From Zootoca vivipara (lineage: Eukaryota), in the NCBI RefSeq assembly GCF_963506605.1, contig NC_083287.1:58342001-58406000 (forward strand): a DNA stretch of 64,000 nt, given 5' to 3'. The position numbers and the translations under genes are program-made. The notes beneath the pieces are model-generated. The model was not told the DNA's origin and did not search any database. It worked only from the letters and a program-made list of their open reading frames with translations. This document shows positions 22,247 to 35,800 of the stretch, in pieces (position 1 is the stretch's first letter; the number at the start of each line of letters is the position of its first letter).

Positions 22247-23058
22247 CATAGAATCATAGAGTTGGAAGAGACCTCAAGGGCCATCCAGTCCAACCCCCTG
22301 CCAAGCAGGAAACACCATCAAAGCATTCTTGACATATGGCTGTCAAGCCTCTGCTTAAAGACCTCCAAAGAAGGAGACTCCACCACACTTCTTGGCAGCA
22401 AATTCCACTGTCGAACAGCTCTTACTGTCAGGAAGTTCTTCCTAATGTTTAGGTGGAATCTTCTTTCTTGTAGTTTGAATCCGTTGCTCCGTGTCCGCTT
22501 CTCTGGAGCAGCAGAAAACAATCTTTCTCCCTCCTCTATATGGCAACCTTTTATATATTTGAACATGGCTATGAAACTGAAATTATGAAACTGATATTAT
22601 GATATGGACTTGGATGATATATTGATATATTGCCCAGTCCTAGAGACCTCCAGGTATAGGGCAGTGTATAAATTCTATTAATAATAATCCTTTTATATAT
22701 TTGAACATGGCTATCATATCACCCTTTAACCTTCTCTTCTCCAGGCTAAACATACCCAGCTCCCTAAGACGTTCCTCATAAGGCATCGTTTCCAGGCCTT
22801 TGACCATTTTGGTTGCCCTCCTCTGGACACGTTCCAGCTTGTCAGTCTCCTCCTTGAACTGTGGTGCCCAGAACTGGACACAGTACTCCAGGTGAGGTCT
22901 GACCAGAGCAGAATACAGTGGTACTATTACTTCCCTTGATCTAGACGCTATACTCCTATTGATGCAGCCCATAATTGCATTGGCTTTTTTAGCTGCTCCA
23001 TCACACTGTTGACTCATGTCAAGTTTGTGGTCTACCAGGACTCCTAGATCCTTTTTCA
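22247..23058 (-). mobile_element. Second CR1 3' fragment, split by a 116-bp insertion
   Basis: CR1 ORF2 C-terminus in two pieces (22247-22572 and 22689-23058) with a 26-bp duplication around insert 22573-22688. Confidence 0.9.
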
Positions 23059-23818
23059 TATTCTTGCCATAAAAAAGTGGGACATTCCATTGTCGCTCCC
23101 ATAACCTCGGTTTAAGGTGACATTTAGCTCCTAGCTTCCATATCTCAGTTTCTAACACTGGCAACAAGAAATTGTACAGATTGCTGTCTGGGTTTTCTCC
23201 CCACCCCACCCCTCCATCCTCACCCCTTTCTCCTCTCATGTGTCTCTCCTTCTCAAAGATCGCAAGCCTGCAGGCAGTGGTGTAATAATGGTGTGTGTGT
23301 GTGTGTGTGCAGGCTGAGTGTGTGTTCAGGCTGGGCGGGGGGCAGCAGGTGGGGCGGGGTGACCACCTCGGTCGGCCGCCGCTGCGAGCGCCTCTCGCCG
23401 CCCACGTGGAGGCGAGGCTGGGGTGCGCTGCGGAAAGAGCTCTGGCGGCTTCCGAGCCTGGCTCCTCCACGGCGTATCCCTCCTGTGCTCTCATGCATCA
23501 TGACACATGCGTTGTGACATGCGATGCATGCGCACGACGGACACCCCGCCCCCTGGCAGGGTGCCTTGGGGTTTGCCACCCCTGGCGGCCAGGCGGCTAG
23601 CTACGCCGCTGCCTGCAGGAGCAGGCACTGTCTTGTTTTCACCGACTGTGACCAGAGATTTGAACCCTGGTTTCCAAGTTCCTAGTCCAAACACTACACC
23701 ACACCACGCTGTCTCTCTTTTTTGTCTTCTTCGCCTACCGTTCTTGAGCATCCTTTGCCTAAACCTGTCCCCCTTTCCCTTGGTCTTGCAGGGCGCTTGG
23801 CAGTGACAGGATGCCACG

Positions 23819-26800
23819 ATGGAGGGTGTGGTTCTCCCTGACAGCATCCTTTTTGAGATATTCCTGTACTTGGACTACTCAGACGTCCTCTCAGCGGGGC
23901 TCGTGTGCCAGCAGTGGCATGCAGTGGCTCAGGACGAAGTCCTCTGGAAGGACCTTTTCTACAGATACTATCCAGTAGCCCGGGACGTCCCACGACACCC
24001 AGGTATGTCCTCCCTTGCAGAGCAGGCAGCCTCAAAACTGGAAAAGAGTAATTGCTGTGCCCCTGATCTGTTGCCCCATACTGGGGTCAGCTCGGTTTGG
24101 AGGTGAGGCTTATAGCTGAGGAATGAGGAAAATTGGAAACCAGCTGGAGAGTGACTCTCGGACTCAAGGCAGAGAGTGGAAGCAAGGAATAACACTTGTA
24201 GATCTTCAGCTGGGATAGCTCAGCCTGTAGAGCAGACAACTCTTAATCTCAGGGTTGTGGGTTTGAGCCCTACATTGGGCAAAATATTCCTGCATTGCAG
24301 GGGGTTGGACTAGATGACCCTTAGGGTCCCTTCCACCTCTGCCATTCTGTGATAATCACAGCAGAAAGAGAGGCCAGCTGGGATAATGCAGGATAGTAGA
24401 AATGCTGCCTGAGTCTAGGTCTCTGGGTCTTTATTGATTTCATTTATTTGTTTAGAGCATGTGTGCTGGGCACTCCTGCTGAAAAGGCTCCCAGAGCAGC
24501 ATATATACAAGCAAAGCAAGGCAGTCCCTGTCCCTGCAGGCTTATAATCCACAAAACAAACCAAGACCATGGCACACAAAGAAAGAGGGAGGAGAGGGAG
24601 AAGGAAAATCAAAACCTGGACACCAGTTTCTGAACAGTTGTTCCTATGGTATCCAAATGCTGGCCCATTTCCGGGCTGGAGGTGCCCGATGGAGAGGCAA
24701 CCTGATGCAATGGCCGCCCCTTGAAGGAAAGGAGGCTTGATGGAGGTGGTCTGGTAATCCCTTCAGATTTTCAGCGAGGGGTGGTGGGTCCTGCAGCCCT
24801 CCTCCTCCTCCTCCTCCTCCTCCTCCTCTTCCTCTTTCCTCTGCAGCTGCCACTTCCTGGTATGGCGAGTTCCAGCGGCTGTCCGATACCATCCCCTGCG
24901 TGGAAGTTCAGACGTTGGCAGAGCACAGCGACCAAGTCCTCCACCTCAGCTTCTCCCACAATGGCTACCTGCTGGCCTCCTGCTCCAAGGACTGTACTGT
25001 TAAGGTGAAGCAGGGCGGAGGGGGAACGAATCCTAACTATAACACAGTGTGTTTCAAGCATTTGAAGCTGTGCTCCGCAATCCTCACAGCAACCCTGGAA
25101 GGTAGCTTGCTTGTTTTGATCCCTGCGTCGGTGACGGGAATGGGAGCAGAGAGACCCAGCTTGAGAGACCCACCTCAGCCCTGAAGAGAACAGGGGGAGT
25201 TGGGCCCAGTCATCCTTTCTGCTTCACCTACCTCGCAGGGTTGTTATGAGGATGGCATAAGCAGGCGAGGGAGCCTCATGCGCACTGCCGAAACCTTCCT
25301 GGAGGAAAGGTAGGTATTGCCATGGGTTGGGCTGGATGACCCTCAGGGTCCCTTCCAGCACGAGGGTTCTGTGAAAGGGCGGGGGGGCATTCTAAGGCAG
25401 GACTGTGTGTCCTGTACTTTAAATACACACGTAACCTCTCAGGGTCATGAATTTGAGTCCCATGTTGGTCAGATGATTCCTGCATTGCGGAATCTTCCGA
25501 CTCTACACTCTATGATTAAATGATTTCCCATAGAAACACTAAATTCTCCAACTCAAGACCAACATTCATGGTCTCTTTTATTCAGTCAAACCTTGGTTGT
25601 TGAACATAATCTGTTCCGGAAGACCGTTCTACTTCCAAAACTTTCGACAACTGAGGCACCGTTTCCCATTGGTTGCAAGAGCTTCTTGCACTCAAGCGGA
25701 AGCTGCGTCGGACATTCAAGTTCTGAAAAACGTTTGAAAACCAGAGCATTTACTTTTGGGTTTTTTGGCATTCGGGAGCCAAAACATTCGAAAACTGAGC
25801 CGTTCAAGAACCGAGGTTTGACTATATTGCATTATTTCTGGAATCTGTTTTGCTGATCATGAGAGGGACAAATTCTGCTATTTGGGATGATAGAAGTTGT
25901 AGTCCAACAACAGCTAGAGACCCGAGTGAAATTGTATATCAGCGGGAAGCTGCGCTGAGACACAGTGGAACATTTCAGAGGAGAGACAAGCAGAAGATTG
26001 GGCCCTCAGCTCCTCAGAGGACATGGCCCATCCTCTTTCAAGTGTGTCTCCCCAGCGATAAGGACTAGTAACTTAGAGCTGCCCTTTTGCTGCCCAGCCA
26101 TCTTGATGGGCCTCCCTTTCCTGCTTTCTCTTGGCAGATCTGGAACAATGGCCTCCCTCTCTCCCTGCTCCACAGCACCAGCATGAAGAAGTACAACTGG
26201 AAGTACACCCAGTTCTCCCAGTTCAACGCAGACGATTCCCTCCTCCTTGTCTCCGGGGTCTTCATGGGGCCCCGCACTACTTCCTCAGGCGAGATCGCTG
26301 TCATCGACCTGGGTAAAAAACAATGGGCTTTGCTGTTCCTCCCTTGTCACCCCACTAAGCTTAAGAATGCTCCAAGAATGAGCTTCCTGGAAGCTGCCTT
26401 CCTTTAGCAGAGGCTGCTGGTGTCCAGGACTGGCTGGATGAGGAGGAACGGAGGGAGGTACCTAGGGAAGCCGCAGGGGGGGGGAGGCTCAGAGCTCGGG
26501 GAGTGGGGTGGTGGACGGGTCAGAGGGGGAAGGAGGGAAGGAATGGTTGGGTGCTGAAGAGGCAACAGGCTTTTGCAAGCAAGAGGAGCCAGGTGTAGAA
26601 AGCAGTTCAGTCTCTGCAGAGGAAGCAGAGGCGGAAGGGAGAGAGGCGGCAGAAGCAGCACAGGACCTGGCCGCTCCTCCTATGCTAAGCTCCACTTCCT
26701 GCTTGACTCCAGGGACATGGAGCGCTTTGCATGTAGCAGAACAAAGAGCACAGATCCCCCCCCCCCAGCATAGTTTAAGGCTGCTTGGCAAACATCCGGC

Positions 26801-29800
26801 TGTGGAGGAAGAGACTTAGAGCGAAGCAGAAGGCAACTGGCAACAGTTTGATAGGGGTCAGTTCTACCTCACAGGGTTGTTGTGAGGATGAAATGGGGAG
26901 GGGGAGAACCACGTGGCCACCTTGAGATCCTTGGAAGATAAAGGCAGTTTTTAAATGTCATTAAAAATAAATAAAATGAAAACCATGTTGGGCTCCCCGT
27001 GTTTTCTCCTTCCAGAAAACTTTGCCCTCCTGTCCCGGGTTTGCAACAAGCCCTATGACGTGTTTGGCTGCTGGCTGAACGAGACCCACCTGATCTCTGG
27101 GAATCTACACCGTATGGGGAACTACACCTCCTGCTCTGTGCTGTGGCTGAACAACGCCTTCCAGGTGGGCGTGGGGGGGGGTGCTGCCCGCTAGGGCTGG
27201 GCAAGATATCGTCCAAAACATCCATATTGTGATATCGGTTTCATGATTTCTGACGTGGCAATATAGATTGCCAGTCATGGTGTGTGTTTGTGTGTGTGCG
27301 CGCGCAAAAAAACACAATGTGGGGAAAACTGTGAAGCCAGCCAATGCCTCTCTGTAGCTCCACCCTTATTTCAGGCATCGTGATATATCGGTGTATTGAA
27401 ATGATTAGCTGGTGATCCATCGCAATGTAGAAAACCAAATAGTGCCCAGCTGTACTGCCCGGGTGCCAGGGACTGTTGGCTTTTGCAGGGAAAGGGAACC
27501 AGCTTCCTCACCAGCCCTCTGTACAGTAGTGGGAATCCGAGTGTATGCTTTGATAGGCAGCAGAGAGATGCAAAAATGAGTGCAGGCAATATGAAGTGTG
27601 TTGGGGCAGGGAAAATTCAGCCTTGAGCAGGCCTGATGGAGAGGAGGGGCCCTGTTTTTCTTGCCGAATCAGGCACCCAGCTCTGAGAGCATGACTTACG
27701 GTAATTTCTATGTACAGTGGTGCCTCGCTAGACGAAATTAATTCGTTCCACGGGTCTTTTCTTATAGCGAAAAATTCATCTAGCGAATCCCATAGGAATG
27801 CATTGAATTTTTTTTGAATTTTTTTTTTGCCCATAGGAACACATTAATTGAATTTCAATGCATTCCTACGGGAAACCACGATTCGCTAGACGAATTTTTC
27901 GTAAAATGCATTCGTATAGCGAGGTAACCTCCACTCGAAAAATCCTTTCGTTAAGCGGAAATTTCGTTAAGCAGGGCATTCGTTAAGCGAGGCACCACTG
28001 TATGTGTAAAGCTAAAGTGAGGGGCTGCCTGCATAGAAGCCTGTGTGGTTTACAGGTGTGTTGGGCTCCCCTTTCGTGGTTTCCCCCGTGGCCACGTAAA
28101 GCTGCCTTAAACGTCACAGCAGAAGACCTTCTATGGAGGTCTTTAAGCAGAGGCTAGACAGGCATATGTCAAGAATGCTTTGATGTTGTTTCCTGCTTGG
28201 CAGGGGGTTGGACTGGGTGGCCCTTGGGGTCTCTTCCAACTCTATGGTTCTAAGGAGACCCACAGCACCTCCCTCCTCTTGGGCTTTGTGAGGGACAGGG
28301 GATATCGCGAAGTCCCTCCCCTCCTGAGTTCAAGCCCGTCCCCGAGCAAAGGGGAAAGCAGGGAGAGTTCCGATTCCAGTGGGGAAGCAGGAAGTCGTGT
28401 CCGAGGCTCAGGCAAGGTAGAGGAGCCAGGGTCCCAGGTGGGACAGGAAGGGGCAAGTAAGGGGGGAAGACCCATCCCCCCAACTCCAGAATTACGCAGG
28501 AAGAGGAGGGGCAAGAGGATGGGTCTGCCAAAGCTTTTGTGTTGGAGAAAGACGCGCCAAAAGCCATTAGGAGGTTCTGAAACCGACTGACAACATCGCT
28601 CCGTGTAAATAGCAATGACTTGAGCACTGTAAATACGCAGCACCAATAAAAGAATAAAATGCAGAGCTGCGTAGCGTCGTTACTCTGAAGTAGTCCACTC
28701 CGGCCACTGTGACAGCAACCTCCTAATCATTTTTGGGCTACTTTGGAGTTGCCGGGATGAGCGTGTCAGAGGCGGAGAAGTGGCGGCAGATCGCTGAGCA
28801 AGCCCAGCTAGAACTGCAACAGCTGTCGCTGCAGGCGCAGGGAGAATTGAAGGCAGCTAAAGAGGAGACTAAGAAGGTCCAGGACGACCGGCTACAACTT
28901 GCGGAACAGGTGAGAGAGCTCCAGGAAAAAGAGCAGCATTTAAGGGCGGTGGCGGTAGACCTCCAAAACAAGCTGGATGCAGAGAAAAACAAGGCGGGAG
29001 GGGCACCCCAAGTCCAAGTGCTGCCAGGAAGGAGAGCCGGGACCCTAGTAAGCAAGTTCAATGGAGACCCGAAGGAGTTTCAGGGCTTTGAGACTGAGAT
29101 TGTGTATGCTCTTGAGCTGCACCACGATGAGTTCCCTGATGATGAGCACAGAGTAGCGTTTATTGTGGAGCACCTTACAGGGGCGGCCAGGGAGTGGCTA
29201 AGACCGTTAATTGCAACAAGGAATCCTTGCATGAAGAATGTCAAACTATTTCTAGAAGGTTTGAAAACGATGTATTCGTCCGATAGTCATATGGACCAGA
29301 CTAAGGAGGAACTTCATAATTTACGCCAAGGAAATATGACAGTTCGCGCGTATTGGGCGAAATTCACCATGCTGGTGCACAGATTGGGGTGGGATCTGGA
29401 GTCTGCCCCAATGCAAGCGGCGTTTTACTTGGGGTTGCATGAGGAGGTGAAGGATGAGCTCTCGAGAGGTCCAAAGCCCAGTAATATGGATCAACTGAGC
29501 AAAGCGGCTCTGGCGGTGGGGGTGAGGCAGGAATCCAGATGGAGCGACAAGCAAGCAACGCGCGCAAAGCGGGCTTGGTTCCCACGGTCGCAGGAGAAGC
29601 CACTCCCTCAACAACCCTTTCAAGCCACGCCTGGGGCCAGTCAGGACCAGGAACCCATGCAGATTGATAGCGCGCGCGCGCGGGCTTTTCAAACCCCAGC
29701 GGCGCCAAGACGCAAGGAGGGAAGGGGTGGGAATTGCTTTCTCTGCAACTCCCCCCAGCATCTCGTCAGAGACTGCCCACATCGCAGGGAGTGGCAAGGA

Positions 29801-32800
29801 AAGGCGGGAACGGTTGTGCCCTCCCCCACTGACGCAGCACCACAGCAGGGAAACGGGAAAGCCTGGCTGCAGGAGACAAGGGGCGGCAGCCAGGCACAGT
29901 CAGCAGACAACAGCCCCAGCCCACCCACCCGCACAGAGAGGAGCAGAGCCAGCCCACCCCTCCCAGAGCAGGAGTGGTTCTAGAAGTGACGCTCACGCTC
30001 CCAAATGGCTATCCATTGACGGTCCTCGCCCTAATTGACAGTGGTGCCTCAGCCAACTTCTTCTCGAGAAACTTTGCAGAAGAGCACCAGATCCAGCTTC
30101 TGCAGCTGGATTTTCCTCTGCACGTGGCAACCATTGACGGCAGAGAGCTGCTGGGAGGGGCCATCACTCATCAAACCCCCCCCATGAGAATGACGGTTGG
30201 AAGGCACTCAGAGACACTGGCATTCAACGTCACCACCATCTCAGACCCCCCAATCGTTTTGGGCATGAGCTGGCTGGCGCGCCACGACCCCTCCATAAGT
30301 TGGCATCAGAGATGCATCACTTTTGGATCGGACTTTTGCCTGGAACATTGCATGCAGCACCAACCAGGGGAGGGGCCTCCGATAGCCACGGTGGCCACCA
30401 TGCACGTCAAAGGGGGTGAGGCGATACCCAAACCATACTGGGACCTGCAGGAGGTCTTCAGTGAAGCGGAGTCCGACCACCTGCCCCCACACAGGCCTTT
30501 TGACTGCCAGATCAACCTGGTGCCTGGGGCAACTATACCCCCAGCCAAGCTGTACGCCATGTCAGACCAGGAACTGGAGGATCTGCGCGCTTTTATCGAC
30601 AAGAACCTCAAGCGGGGGTTCATCAGAGAAAGCAAGGCAGCAGGGGGCAGCCCGGTCTTCTGGGTGGACAAGAAAGACACGCAACAGCGCCGTCTTGTGG
30701 TGGATTTTAGACGGCTGAATTCGGTGACAGAGCCAGTGGCTTTCCCCATGCCCAGAGTGGATGATCTCCTGACAGCGGCACGCAGAGGCAAGATTTTCAC
30801 CAAGCTAGACCTGAGGGGGGCGTACAACTTGATCAGGATCCGGGAAGGCGATGAGTGGAAAACCACGATGTTCACGCCTCTGGGCTCTTTTGAATATCTG
30901 GTGATGCCCTTCGGGTTGCAAGGGGGCTCAGCATGCTTCCAGGCCTTCATGCACCACGTCCTGGGGTCCCTACTCTTCAGGAAATGCTTGGTCTTTCTGG
31001 ATGACATCCTTATTTACTCCAACGACCCAGTGCAGCACGTGAAGGACGTCAGGGAGGTGTTACAGCGCCTGAAGGAGAACCACCTGTATGTGAAGCTGGA
31101 GAAGTGCAAGTTTCACACCAAGGAGGTGGACTTCCTGGGCTACAAGCTGTCAGACAAGGGGCTGGCAATGGACAAGGACAAGGTGCAGACCATCCTGGAC
31201 TGGCACAGCCCCAGGACGCGCAAAGATGCCCAACGCCTACTAGGCTTTGCCAACTTCTACAGGAAGTTCATCAAGAACTTCTCTCGAGTTACGGCTCCCA
31301 TCACTGACTGCCTGAGAGGCAAGCAGAAGTTCAGGTGGACACCAGAGGCGCAAGCAGCGTTCGAAAGCCTCAAGAGGGTGTTCGCCTCAGACCAGAACCT
31401 GTTCCACGTGGTTCAGGACGCGCCCCTACGCATTGAAACAGATGCTTCTGATAAGGCTGTGGGCGCCATTTTGTTGCAACTGGACGCCAACAGAGAGTGG
31501 AGACCCTGTGCCTTCTTCTCCAGGAAGTTGACCCAGCCCGAGCGAAACTACACAGTTTTTGATCGGGAACTTCTTGCGATCCACGCGGCGTTCCAGCACT
31601 GGAGACACTTCCTGGTGGGCGCCAAGCACCCCATCCAGGTGTGCACAGACCACAAGAACCTGGAGTTCTGGAGAACTGCCAGGGTGCTCAACCAGCGGCA
31701 GATACGGTGGGCGGAGTTCTTCTCGAACTTCAACTTCTCCATACACTACATCCCAGGAGAGCAGAATGTCAGGGCGGATGCCCTCTCCCGCAAGCCAGAG
31801 TACATGGAGGAGGAGGCGCCACCAGCCCCAAGGCACATTTTCCCCCCGTCGGCATGGTCCTGCGGAGCAGCAGTGGTGAGCGAGGCAGAACTCACAGCAC
31901 TGACGGCAGCGGATGAATTTGCCAACCGCATCTTCAGAGAACTGAGAGGGGGGAGGGAGCAGGCAAAAGACTTTGCAGAACGCAGAGGGCTGCTTTTCTA
32001 CAAGGGTGCGCTGTACCTACCCACCACCCAGCTTCGACGTACGGTCCTCAAGCAGATGCACGACAACCCTACAGCGGGGCATTTTGGAAGGGACAAGACC
32101 ACTCACCTAGTCATGAGACACTTCTGGTGGCCAGGGGTGAGGGAAGATGTTCGAGACTATGTAAGGGGCTGTACCACCTGCCAGCGGGCGAAGGTGGTCA
32201 GAGCAGCGCCACCAGGGTTGCTGGAGCCCTTAGCCACACCACACAGGCCGTGGGAAGTGGTGTCCATGGACTTCATCACAGATCTGCCTTCGTCCAGGGG
32301 TAAGACTGCAGTGTTGGTGGTGGTGGACCTCATGTCCAAAATGTGTCACTTTATACCGTGTGCCAGGGCAGTCTCGGCAGAAGAGACAGCCAAACTGTTT
32401 GTTGATCACATTTTCAGACTGCATGGATTACCTTTAAGGGTTATTTCGGATCGTGGCCGCCAATTTGTTTCCAGGTTCTGGCGGCGGCTCATGAACCTCC
32501 TGCAGGTGGAGGTCAGCTTGTCGACGGCTAGACACCCGCAGACCAACGGACAAGCGGAGAGGGTCAACGCCATTCTGCAGCAGTACCTGAGATGCTACGT
32601 CAGCCAGCGGCAAACGGACTGGGTGGATCGCTTGCCACTAGCAGAATTTGCCTACAACAATGCAGTGCACGTCTCCACAGGGGTGTCGCCCTTTAAGGCC
32701 AATTACGGGCGCGACCTCAGATCTTTCCCAGAGAGGGAGAGGGAGGAGGAGGAGGAGGGCCCACAGGCTGAGGATTGGGCAGAGGAACTGGAGACGGTGC

Positions 32801-35800
32801 ACCAGCAGCTCAGAGAACACTTGGAGAGGGCCAAGGAAGCGTACAAAAAGGGGGCAGATCGCCACAGGCGACAAGGGGAGGTCATCAGGGTGGGGGACAA
32901 GGTGTGGTTGTCCTCGGAGGGCCTTCCCACCAGGGGGAGGTGCAAAAAGCTGGCACCCAAATGGCTGGGCCCCTTCACGGTCACGCAACAGGTCAACCCG
33001 GTGGCATACAGGCTGGCACTGCCAGAGGACATGAGGGTGCATCCAGTGTTTCATAGATCGCTGCTGTCGCCGTACAGGGAAAGCAGCAGGCTCAGAGACA
33101 GCGAACAAACCCCCGAGGGAGGGGGGGAGAGGGAAAGCAGGGAGCAACTCAATGAGGCCACGGCCATCCTGGATTCAAGGTGGGGGGTGGGGGGCCTGGA
33201 GTACCTCATGGCATGGGAGGATGCTCCACCGTCCCAGAATGAATGGGTTCCCGCCACTCAGATACAGGAGGAATTCTTGGTGGAAGAATTTCACGCCCTC
33301 TTTCCCCACAGACCCAAGCCCTGGCACATGGAAAGGGAGGGGGAGGAGGAGGAGGCACGGGAGAACAGCTCACCATGGCGCTGGGAAGCGGAGTTTGAGG
33401 AACCAGAGGATGAGGTATGGGTGTCGCCAAGATCCACCCAGTCAGAGGAAGGAGCAGATTGGCAAAACATTTTTACCCCCACCAGCTCTGACGCCACGGA
33501 CTTTTTGGGATTCCCGTCCTCCCAGGCGGAAGGGGGGGGCTCGCAGGACTGGGGGGAGGTGTTCACACCAACGGGCTCGGAGAGCACCGAGTTTTTAGGC
33601 TTCCAGTCGTCACCGACACATGGGGGGGGCCTGGGGAGGGGTGAAGGAGAGCTTGGGAGGGGGGTGGATGTGAGGGACAGGGGATATCGCGAAGTCCCTC
33701 CCCTCCTGAGTTCAAGCCCGTCCCCGAGCAAAGGGGAAAGCAGGGAGAGTTCCGATTCCAGTGGGGAAGCAGGAAGTCGTGTCCGAGGCTCAGGCAAGGT
33801 AGAGGAGCCAGGGTCCCAGGTGGGACAGGAAGGGGCAAGTAAGGGGGGAAGACCCATCCCCCCAACTCCAGAATTACGCAGGAAGAGGAGGGGCAAGAGG
33901 ATGGGTCTGCCAAAGCTTTTGTGTTGGAGAAAGACGCGCCAAAAGCCATTAGGAGGTTCTGAAACCGACTGACAACATCGCTCCGTGTAAATAGCAATGA
34001 CTTGAGCACTGTAAATACGCAGCACCAATAAAAGAATAAAATGCAGAGCTGCGTAGCGTCGTTACTCTGAAGTAGTCCACTCCGGCCACTGTGACATCCA
34101 CTATCAATATTTTAAGAAAGAAAAATTATAGAAATGAAAGCTGGTCAAAGTTATCAAGGCCCTGATAACATCTAGATGGATAACTTCAGTGCACCAGGGT
34201 TGCATTTCAAGATTATTCAAAATACAGCAGCAAGCCTGTTAATTATTACTGACAGAAGAGAATTAATATATCACTATATTTATTGATTTTGCATTTGCAG
34301 CCCACCCTACACCATGTGGTCCCAGGGCGAGTTACATATGGCTCAGTACAACAAGTAAACCATGTAAGACATAAACATTACAGTCCATAAATTAAACCTA
34401 ATCAACAGTAGGCAGAAACAGCACTGTAGTTGGATGCCAGGAAAGCATACTGCGGTTTGTGCAGGCTTTTAATGGGGTTTGTNNNNNNNNNNNNNNNNNN
34501 NNNNNNNNNNNNNNNNNNNNNNNNNNNNNNNNNNNNNNNNNNNNNNNNNNNNNNNNNNNNNNNNNNNNNNNNNNNNNNNNNNNNNNNNNNNNNNNNNNNN
34601 NNNNNNNNNNNNNNNNNNNNNNNNNNNNNNNNNNNNNNNNNNNNNNNNNNNNNNNNNNNNNNNNNNNNNNNNNNNNNNNNNNTAGATGTTTTCCACTTTC
34701 AACCGATTGTTTCCCAGCTGCTGAGATAAATATCAAACAAGGTTTCACAGATGTTCTTTCTCCTGTGTGGGTTAATCAGTCCAGCCTCCCCATAAATCTT
34801 CTTGGTCTGGAGCTCCCTGTTGCGTCGACTCTCAACACGAAGCAGCGCCATCTTAAAAAACTCAAATCACTTTCGTTTTCTCTCATAGCCATGAAGATTA
34901 ACGATCTTTATAGAATTTACAGCTTTTCCAGGCAGAAGACCCAAACATCAAACCATAAACTCTTGGTAAATTAATGGATCTCCTTGCCCTATAGCTGAAC
35001 TTAGCTTCAGGTCGCTGCTCCAATTCAAAGTGCGTCACAGCTCATAAATCCTCCGAACGCGTCCAGGACTCCTTCCGTCCGACTAGGGGGGGGGGGGCTT
35101 TTCTCATCGGCAACTCCACATCTTTAAAAAATATGCTCAGTAACAACAGTTTATAAAGTTCAACTCACACAGTCTTTTGCTTCTCTTTCACTCCAAACAA
35201 GCCAGGACATCGCGTCTGGGAAGGTACGAAGTATGAAGAAAAATAAATAAAAAAACTCAATTCCCTTATCGCTCCGTCCCCATCAATCCTTCTTCCAGAT
35301 GATATACAGCCTTTGACTCCTCTCCCTCAGCAGCATAAATTTCTCAGCAGTAAACAGCGCTTCTTCCCCTCCTTCTGAAGTATGTCCATAATTTTAAGCC
35401 TAATTATCTTCTTTAACCATGGAAATCCCCGCCATGCAGATTAGCGTCCGGGAGTCCTGGCCCTCGTAAGTGCTTTTCAGCCCAAGCTCCCCCCACTCCA
35501 TAAACAGTCGGAGTGGGTCTGGGGGCATCGCGGGCCAGCGGCCCCTCTCCGTAACCCCCGGAGAGGGTAGGGGGTTGCCATTTACTCCCCTAGCAACCGC
35601 CAAATTCCTTACGAAGGTCAGAGGGATGGAAAACAGGTCCGCCATTCCTGCCGGCGGAAACCGGAACCCTCGAATGTTCCACGGCTTCCAATTGGCTGCA
35701 GGAGCTTCCGGAACGTTTGGTTTCCGAACGTTTTGGAAGTCGAACAGGGTACGACTGGTACGACTGTATTTAGCATTAATTATGGAAGTGTGTACTTCAT

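Larger units (their letters stand above)
28287..34096 (+). mobile_element. Full-length Ty3/Gypsy chromovirus LTR retrotransposon (Tf1/sushi group) in an FBXW5 intron
   Basis: Two 428-bp TG...CA LTRs, gag, pol in PR-RT-RH-IN-chromodomain order, and a polypurine tract before the 3' LTR. Confidence 0.97.

Noticed and set aside
23330-23600. CpG-rich stretch upstream of the FBXW5 ATG exon as an alternative promoter
   Set aside because: Ends in ctagctacgccgctg, like a DNA-transposon terminus; more likely repeat-derived.
26400-26830. Glu/Ala-rich ORFs in an FBXW5 intron
   Set aside because: Purine-rich LTR-like repeat remnant with no similarity to the missing FBXW5 exons.
34398-34974. ORFs containing X runs
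   Set aside because: Artefacts of the N gap.
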